This document shows, in pieces, positions 56,947 through 64,000 of a DNA stretch of 64,000 nt. The translations under genes were made by a program, and so were the position numbers. The first letter of the stretch is position 1. Every line of letters starts with the position of its first letter. Source of the stretch: Octopus sinensis (Eukaryota). The notes beneath the pieces are model-generated. The model was not told the DNA's origin and made no database searches. It saw nothing but the letters and a program-made list of their open reading frames with translations. The DNA lies in the NCBI RefSeq assembly GCF_006345805.1, contig NC_043010.1:15190001-15254000 (forward strand), read 5' to 3'.

Positions 56947-57459
56947 CCTACCAAGAATTCACAACGGCCTCGAACCCACTAGAGTAAACAAGAGAGACAG
57001 AGACAGGCAGAAACACGGAAAATGCCACTTGTATTTGAACACTATACAAATATTCTTTTAATAAAACTTTTCTTTTAATTTTCCCAAATTTAATTGTTTA
57101 ATTTTTACAGTTGAAAAAGTCTCAATGACTGAAACCGGTACTGAAATGTTTTTTATAAATTTATTTTAGCATTTTCTATCTTGACTTTTTTTCCATATAT
57201 ATATATGTATATTAGAAGTATTGGGGGTGATGTACAGATTTAATACATATGAAAGAAAAAAGGTGTTCAGAATGCTGGATAGTTGTGAAAATATATATTT
57301 ATTTACATATAACATATTATTTCTTCATATTAGCGCTTTCAACTACTCCTGTAGTTTCAGAAACTACAGGAGTGGTTTTCTTTCATATATCTATATATTT
57401 ATATATAGTTGTAAAATCTGAAGAAAAGACTCTGCCTAAGGTTAACTAGTAGTAATATG

Positions 57460-57654
57460 GGACAGCCACTACGATGTGGCGATCGACTTTATATAGATGT
57501 ATAAAATTATCAACCATCGCACAAACAATAACTCTGAGCACCTTTTCAGACTCCACCCATCTAACAACCGTGGACATATTTACAAAGTCAGAAAACAGCA
57601 CCGCTCCCATGACTTTAGGAAACATTTTTTCACGCTGAGAGTTGCTGAAGCATG
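57460..57654 (+). mobile_element. CR1-group LINE C-terminal fragment
   Basis: MYKIINH..LFRL..RGHIYKVRK..RKHFFTLRVAEA. Confidence 0.75.
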
Positions 57655-57710
57655 TCTTTGTATGAAACAATTGTACTAAAAACTAATCCATTCTTGTTGC
57701 TTCTTTCTCG

Positions 57711-57745
<35 letters not shown>

Positions 57746-57789
57746 CTATATATATATATATGTATGTATGTAATGTATAAGTAAAAAAA

Positions 57790-58075
57790 TACAAACTGGG
57801 ACAAGAACGCAAAACATTTAGAAGACGATACAAAAAACACGGACGGGACATTCGAAGCCTTCAATCTTCAGTCAAGAACCGGATCATCCTCGCAATTTCG
57901 GGTGATTAATCTTGAGATTGCTCCGATCTGGCCAGCCCCAAAGGAAAATCTAAGCCAAGCGCATTAGATTCCCTGGAAGAAAGCCTCGAATGTATACAAA
58001 ACAAGGACGGAAAAACGGACGATGTTACACGAATAAGAATACAAAAATACATAAAAACAATAATGATAATAATAA
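57790..58075 (-). mobile_element. Second copy of the 50395-50660 repeat
   Basis: Reverse-complement homology. Confidence 0.75.
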
Positions 58076-58642
58076 TAACAAAAACAGGACGTTACAGACA
58101 TATATATTTGTGTGTGTGTGTATGTGTGTGTGTGTGTGTCTGTCTGTCTGTCTGTCTATCTGTCTGTCTGTTTGTCTGTGTACATAGTACGGATAACTTT
58201 TCTTTTTAGCCCGTATTGCAGACACGAACTTCTAGATTTATCAATGGCTTTTTTTTCATATTTACTCATAAATTCCTCGTAATGTACTCTGAGCTGTAAA
58301 GCTCCCACATGATGCTATCAACCATCCTATACCATCCCAATCTCATCTTTTGCATGAAATGATATTTCGTGTATTGCTGCCTGTTTACCGTAGGCAGTGT
58401 GACAATAATTGGGGGAGACGTTAAAGGCGGAGTTGCTGTATAATACTCATACATGTAAGTCCTGCATCGTCCCCTGTTTGACCATGAAACCTCAACATGA
58501 TTATGCAAGTTGGCAAGACGTTTTGAGGAAGTTTACCAATTTCCATTGCCAGAAGATATTCTCTTTCAACGCCCGTGATCATTATCCAAATAAAAATTCG
58601 ATACGGCTTGGCAATCTGTGTCGTCACAGGCTTTGATACAAA

Positions 58643-58806
58643 GGCGCAGGAGTGGCTGTGTGGTAAGTAGATTGCTTCCCAACCACATGGTTCCGGGTTC
58701 AGTTACACTGCGTGACACCTTGGTCAAGTGGACTTTTACTATAGCCTCGGACCGACCAAAGGCTTGTGAGTGGATTTGGTAGACAGAAACTGTAAGAAGC
58801 CCATCG

Positions 58807-58848
<42 letters not shown>

Positions 58849-59083
58849 TGTATGTATGTATGTATGTATATGTTTGTGTGTCTATCTTTGTCCCCCAACA
58901 TCGCTCGACAACCAATGCTGGTGTGTTTACGTCTCCGTCAACTAGCGGTTCGGCAAGAGAGGCCGATAGAATAAGTACTAGGCTTACAAAAAAAAGTCCT
59001 GGGGTCGATTTGCTCGACTAAAGGCGGTACTCCAGCATGGCCGCAGTTAAATGACTGAAACAAACAAAAGAAGAAAAGAATAA
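58643..59083 (+). mobile_element. SINE family 2 copy
   Basis: Full-length homologue. Confidence 0.88.
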
Positions 59084-59399
59084 AGTACACAAAAATCCTG
59101 GACTGATAAGGAAAGGTTGTGCATTCATTTGGCTCTCTAACTCTCTTGACAATCCACTATCTGAAACACGCACATCACACACTCACACACAACACATGTT
59201 TGTGTGCATCTGAATGTCTGTATGTGTATACGTGTTTGTGTATTGCATTTCATGTATGCAAATACGTTCATGACTTACTCTCATTCATTTTTTTGAATTT
59301 GGCGGCACTAACACGGAATATGATCTCTCTGATACCGTTAGGTGAATTGATGTTTTCCAGTGCCTTCAAATTTAATATACAATTATTAATAATTGAGAT

Positions 59400-59800
59400 A
59401 CAATTATTTATGATTGTGGAATCCTACGCTGAAGAGACGAAAATAGTCGGGTAAGGTATAATTATTTATTATTTATGCTTTATACTGGCTTAATTCCGAA
59501 ACGCGTGTCCGTAGGTAACCTAATATAGAATGATTTTCGTCATTTTTTCCCTTTTACCTGCGTGCTTTGTTTTCAAGTGCTTTGGTTTTTCTGGGAACTC
59601 CCTTTAAAGTAGAAGGAATAGCTAAGATTTTTTGACTGCTATTTCTAAGCTTCGGTGTGTGGTGCAGCTAATCGTTTCTGAACCCTAATTTATAGTATTA
59701 TTTACACATTTACAAATGGTCTTTTTCATGCCGAATTCTACTTGGTGAAATTACTGATAACTTCTTAATTAATCAATTTCACCCTTAGTTATTATTGATA
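59400..59800 (+). mobile_element. PLE-type pLTR/retrozyme-like repeat containing the HHR
   Basis: HHR plus 3' half homologous to 50900-51130 and 11405-11757. Confidence 0.6.
59423..59515 (+). ncRNA. Type I hammerhead motif with expanded/branched stem II region
   Basis: CCTACG-CTGAAGA(59429-35)..GAAAC(59498-502)-GCGT-GTC-CGTAGG: perfect 6-bp stem I and GUC site. Confidence 0.68.
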
Positions 59801-60231
59801 TATGGACGTAGATATATGCTTAGATAATTATTTAACTGAGAGACGGTTCAACAAATCTAACATAATTCTATTAATTGGTCTCCGTTCGCAGAACTCTAAA
59901 TCAAGTCTCTGCTGTGTTATACTTTTTTGTTTAAAGTATTTGAGGTTGTATAATAGTCGTTCAAACGGTTGTTACTCTTGTCGGTTGTGTGTGTGTGTGT
60001 GTGAATGTGTAGAAGTGAAGTTTTTGCCTCATCTGGTATCGGAGGCAAGGTTAGTGCTCTCTATAAAGGGACATATTACAATTCTGTGCACATCTACTTA
60101 CACACGTGTCAGTAACTCTCAACTCATCAACGGGGATGATGACAGAGTATATAAAAAGAGTATATATAAATATAATATAATACATACATATATACATATA
60201 TATTTTATTTATATATATGTATATATGTAAA

Positions 60232-60293
<62 letters not shown>

Positions 60294-60403
60294 CATGCAT
60301 ACATACATGCATTCACCATTCGAATACATATTTCATTTATCTGCATAGTTAAATGTAGATTATGTGAATATGCACGTGTGCTTGTATATATACATATATA
60401 TAT

Positions 60404-60460
<57 letters not shown>

Positions 60461-60585
60461 GTATATGTACATATATGTCCGTGTGCTTGTTTGTTCATGT
60501 GTGTACGTGTGTGTGTGTATGCATGTGGGTATGTGTTTGTGTGTGTGTGTGTGTGTGTGTATGTGTGTGTGTGTGTGTGTGTGTA

Positions 60586-60617
<32 letters not shown>

Positions 60618-61214
60618 AACACCGAGGCGGAAAAACATTTTGAAGTTGAAGAATAACGGAATAAATATAGATATTTCCAGGAGACGAATTCTGTTTCTGC
60701 GAACAAGTCGAGCCAGCATGAATCTTTTCTATAGATTTTGACCGGGAGATATGTGAATAATACTTCATATTATATACATAGAGAATGAAGTATGCATACT
60801 TTCAAAACCCAGCCAACCTGACGGAATAAGGTTAGGAGAAGAAAAAGGAAAAGGAATAAAAATAAGAAAAAGAAGTAAAATATGGTGGAATGGTGATAAT
60901 AATGACAAAAGTCATATAACTGGACAGCAAATGGAACATAAAAATAATAAACAAATAGCAAACATGAATAAAGTCCATAACTGCAACGGAGAAAATAGCC
61001 ATAGGGGCGACAGAAAGGGTCAGTACATAAATGCGAAACAGTTACGGCGCGCAGGTCGAAGGGGTGCGACGACCTGCCATAGGAAATGATAAGTGGATAT
61101 AAGTAGGTGTTTTATTTTAGACTGCTAAAATGGTAATTATCTGTCTGTCTGTATATTTATCTTGTTTCTAACTAATTTATTTATCTATCTATATATGTAT
61201 ATATATATATATAT

Positions 61215-61248
<34 letters not shown>

Positions 61249-61494
61249 CCATTGAAAAATCCACCAGAATGGAGGAAAGCGCTAATATACGATATATGAT
61301 ATAAGTTATATGATGTATAAAAACATGTAATATACAAATAAATATCTGTAAATATAAAACCATCCGAATTTCTGGGTACCTCATTTCTTCTAATATAAAA
61401 TACCTGTACATCATCTCCAAACCTTTGCGTCTCACGTTTGATCTCTGACTTCTGGCCGGAATCAGATCGCCATGTTGAATCGCTAGCTTCTGCA

Positions 61495-61674
61495 CGCATT
61501 TTTTTCTCTCCTTGTTTCTCTCCGTGTTTCTTTTCTGTGTATCTTTCTGTTGAAGAGCGTTTGCTCGAAACGTAAAAGACTTGTTTTATTTATATTCCTG
61601 AGCGCCATACTAATACAATTGTTTGTTTGTACTCCACCTGCCTTCGTCTTTTGTTTATATTCATAAAGCTTCCC

Positions 61675-61680
<6 letters not shown>
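61495..61680 (+). mobile_element. PLE-type pLTR with variant minimal hammerhead (61542-61579)
   Basis: TCTTT-CTGTTGA-A-GAGC-GTTT-GCTC-GAAAC-GT-A-AAAGA. Confidence 0.65.
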
Positions 61681-61730
<50 letters not shown>

Positions 61731-61867
61731 GATCACATCTATGTATCTATCTCTTTATATAAGAGTATCTATTTTGATATTTAATGATACATATATATAT
61801 AAATTTATATATATATATACACACACATATATATAGTAATGTATACATACATACATATATATGTGTT

Positions 61868-61911
<44 letters not shown>

Positions 61912-62271
61912 TATATATATCCAGGCCTGTGCATGTATAAGTGTGTGTGTAGTATAGCCCTAATTGATATTTCACATTGCCTCATTCAGACATTTCTATG
62001 TCCTTTCCACATTATACATATCGTATTTTTTCCAGGAGATATGTCCCATGTCCAGAATGTTGGACATTGGCGAGAATATCCGGTCACAATTCTTTGTTCT
62101 CCCTTCTTTGAACAGAGGTTAGATAATTTAAACATGTTCAAATATTTTCTCAAATCTATTTAATTAATCTAACTTAAGTACTATATTGAATATTTTTCAT
62201 CACTGCTTATTGATCAATACAACTTATACTGGTCTGTACTTATTTGGATAAAATGTAAATTTATATAGGCT

Positions 62272-62625
62272 AAGGCATGGCCGTGAGGTAAGACGATTGC
62301 TTACCAACCACATGGTTTCGGGTTCAGTCCCATTGTGTGGTACCTTAGACAAGTGTCTTCTAATATAGCCTCGGGCCAATGAATTTGATAGAAACTGAAA
62401 GAAGTCCGAAAGAAGTCCGTCGTGTGTGAGTATAGATATGTGTGTGTGTGTTTGTCCCCGCGCACCAATGGGCAACCGGTGTTGGCGTGTTTATGTCTCC
62501 GTAACTTAGCGGTTCGGCAAAAAACAAACAGAAATAAATCTCGCAGTCGATTCATTCAACTAAAATTTCTTCAAGGCAGTGCCCCAGCACGGCCGCAATC
62601 TAATGACCGAAACAAGTAAAAGATA
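62272..62625 (+). mobile_element. SINE family 2 copy, diverged
   Basis: Head, core and tail are recognisable. Confidence 0.78.
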
Positions 62626-63238
62626 AAATACAGCATTCTGTCAAACGAACCTCTATGCATATGTTCCAAATTTTAGTTCCATTCGCGATCACATGTTTAG
62701 AAGCAAACTTCATACATATATTTTATGACATAACATAATTGCAATTTAATATAGTTTTACTATTGTCCTCCTTATATTTTGAGGAGCTTTTACGAAATAT
62801 CTCTAGTATTAGTTTTATATTTGCCATCACGTATAAATATTTTATAGTTCAATTAATTAAATTTATCTTCAATTTTGTTTCGATATTTACTTCAATAATT
62901 TTCATATAAATATAACGCTTAAACCAAAAGCGCTTGACAGATGCACATACAGATACATATGTAATGGTGTACATACATATTTATATCGGTACTTAAAATC
63001 ATTAAAATACTAGAGATAATACTTTAAAATGCTATGCATAATAAATTGGTACACATATTTTAAACTAAGTAGTTATGGGAAAGTTATAAAGTAATTTTAT
63101 TTTTGATTAGGCTTTTAATACGATGAATGTCGTTGTAAGCAACACAATCTCACAGATTTCACACACGTAGAAATATACAAATATATACATACACGCACAG
63201 GCGTATATCATATACATACATACATATATATATATATG

Positions 63239-63269
<31 letters not shown>

Positions 63270-64000
63270 TAATATATATATATATATATATATATAACTT
63301 GACTTAAACAGGATTCAAATAATCCTATCAGGTGGTGCTATTAAGTTAGACATGGCCTGGACCAATCATTGGTCGAAACACATCTAAGTTTATCTAAGTT
63401 TATATATTAGTATGTGTGTGTGTGTGTGTGTGTGCGCGTTTATATATTTGGTTTGCAAGATTTTTGATGTGAAATCGTGTGTTGAAATAGATATTGTTGT
63501 ATTTAGGAATGGTCATTTTGCCAGTTTAGCCAATAAAAACACACGCACTATATATTTGGTGTTACTTTGCGGTCACAGGGGTGTGACGAAAGAACTCTGG
63601 TCGAAATGAGATTAAGATTAATGTAAAAAATAAATAACGCTGAAGCAAAGTAACACCAAATATATTGTGCATGTGTTTTATGGGCTAAACTGGCAAAATG
63701 ACCATTCCTAAATACAACAACATACATGTATATATATATAAGCAAAGCATTCAAACACTGAGATTTGAAATCAGATGTCACTACTCTTCATAAATTATAA
63801 AACTGATGATATCAACAGCAGTGATAATTGGTGGATCGCAGGCGCAATCGCATTAAATAGCTACGAATTATAAATTTGCACGAAGCGTAAGGGTGCTTAA
63901 CAAGCATCTACCTGCTAGAAATAAGAGGTAAAGTCTTAAATTTATCCACCGTACCGCACAAAGTTAACACAGAAAAACAGAAAAGATTAAAACATTCCAC

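Noticed and set aside
58270-58620. Possible RTE-type RT remnant on the minus strand
   Set aside because: Similarity to RT motifs is too weak to support by eye.

Overview
Repeat-dominated, AT-rich eukaryotic DNA, most likely from an octopod cephalopod (inferred from recall of Octopus tRNA-derived SINE families, not from a database search). I found no host protein-coding exon, rRNA or true tRNA gene. Almost all ORFs in the track are translations of microsatellites. The window holds many SINE copies of three families and fragments of R4/Dong-, Tx1/L1- and CR1-group LINEs. It also holds Tc1/mariner and Helitron-like remnants and at least seven Penelope-like element (PLE) coding segments of two GIY-YIG types. 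Reading the non-coding PLE-type repeats by eye gives about ten hammerhead-ribozyme (HHR) motifs, several with atypical cores, plus repeated fold-back (inverted) architectures. The standout is a young ~2.26-kb palindromic element (11963-14227). Its ~620-bp inverted arms each carry a complete type I HHR facing outward (one per strand). They enclose an uninterrupted 249-aa ORF with an intact GIY-YIG endonuclease, no reverse transcriptase, and a Ser/Asn-rich N-terminus unlike a PLE thumb. All family names and ribozyme folds are manual assignments that need computational and biochemical confirmation. Boundaries of degenerate repeats are approximate.
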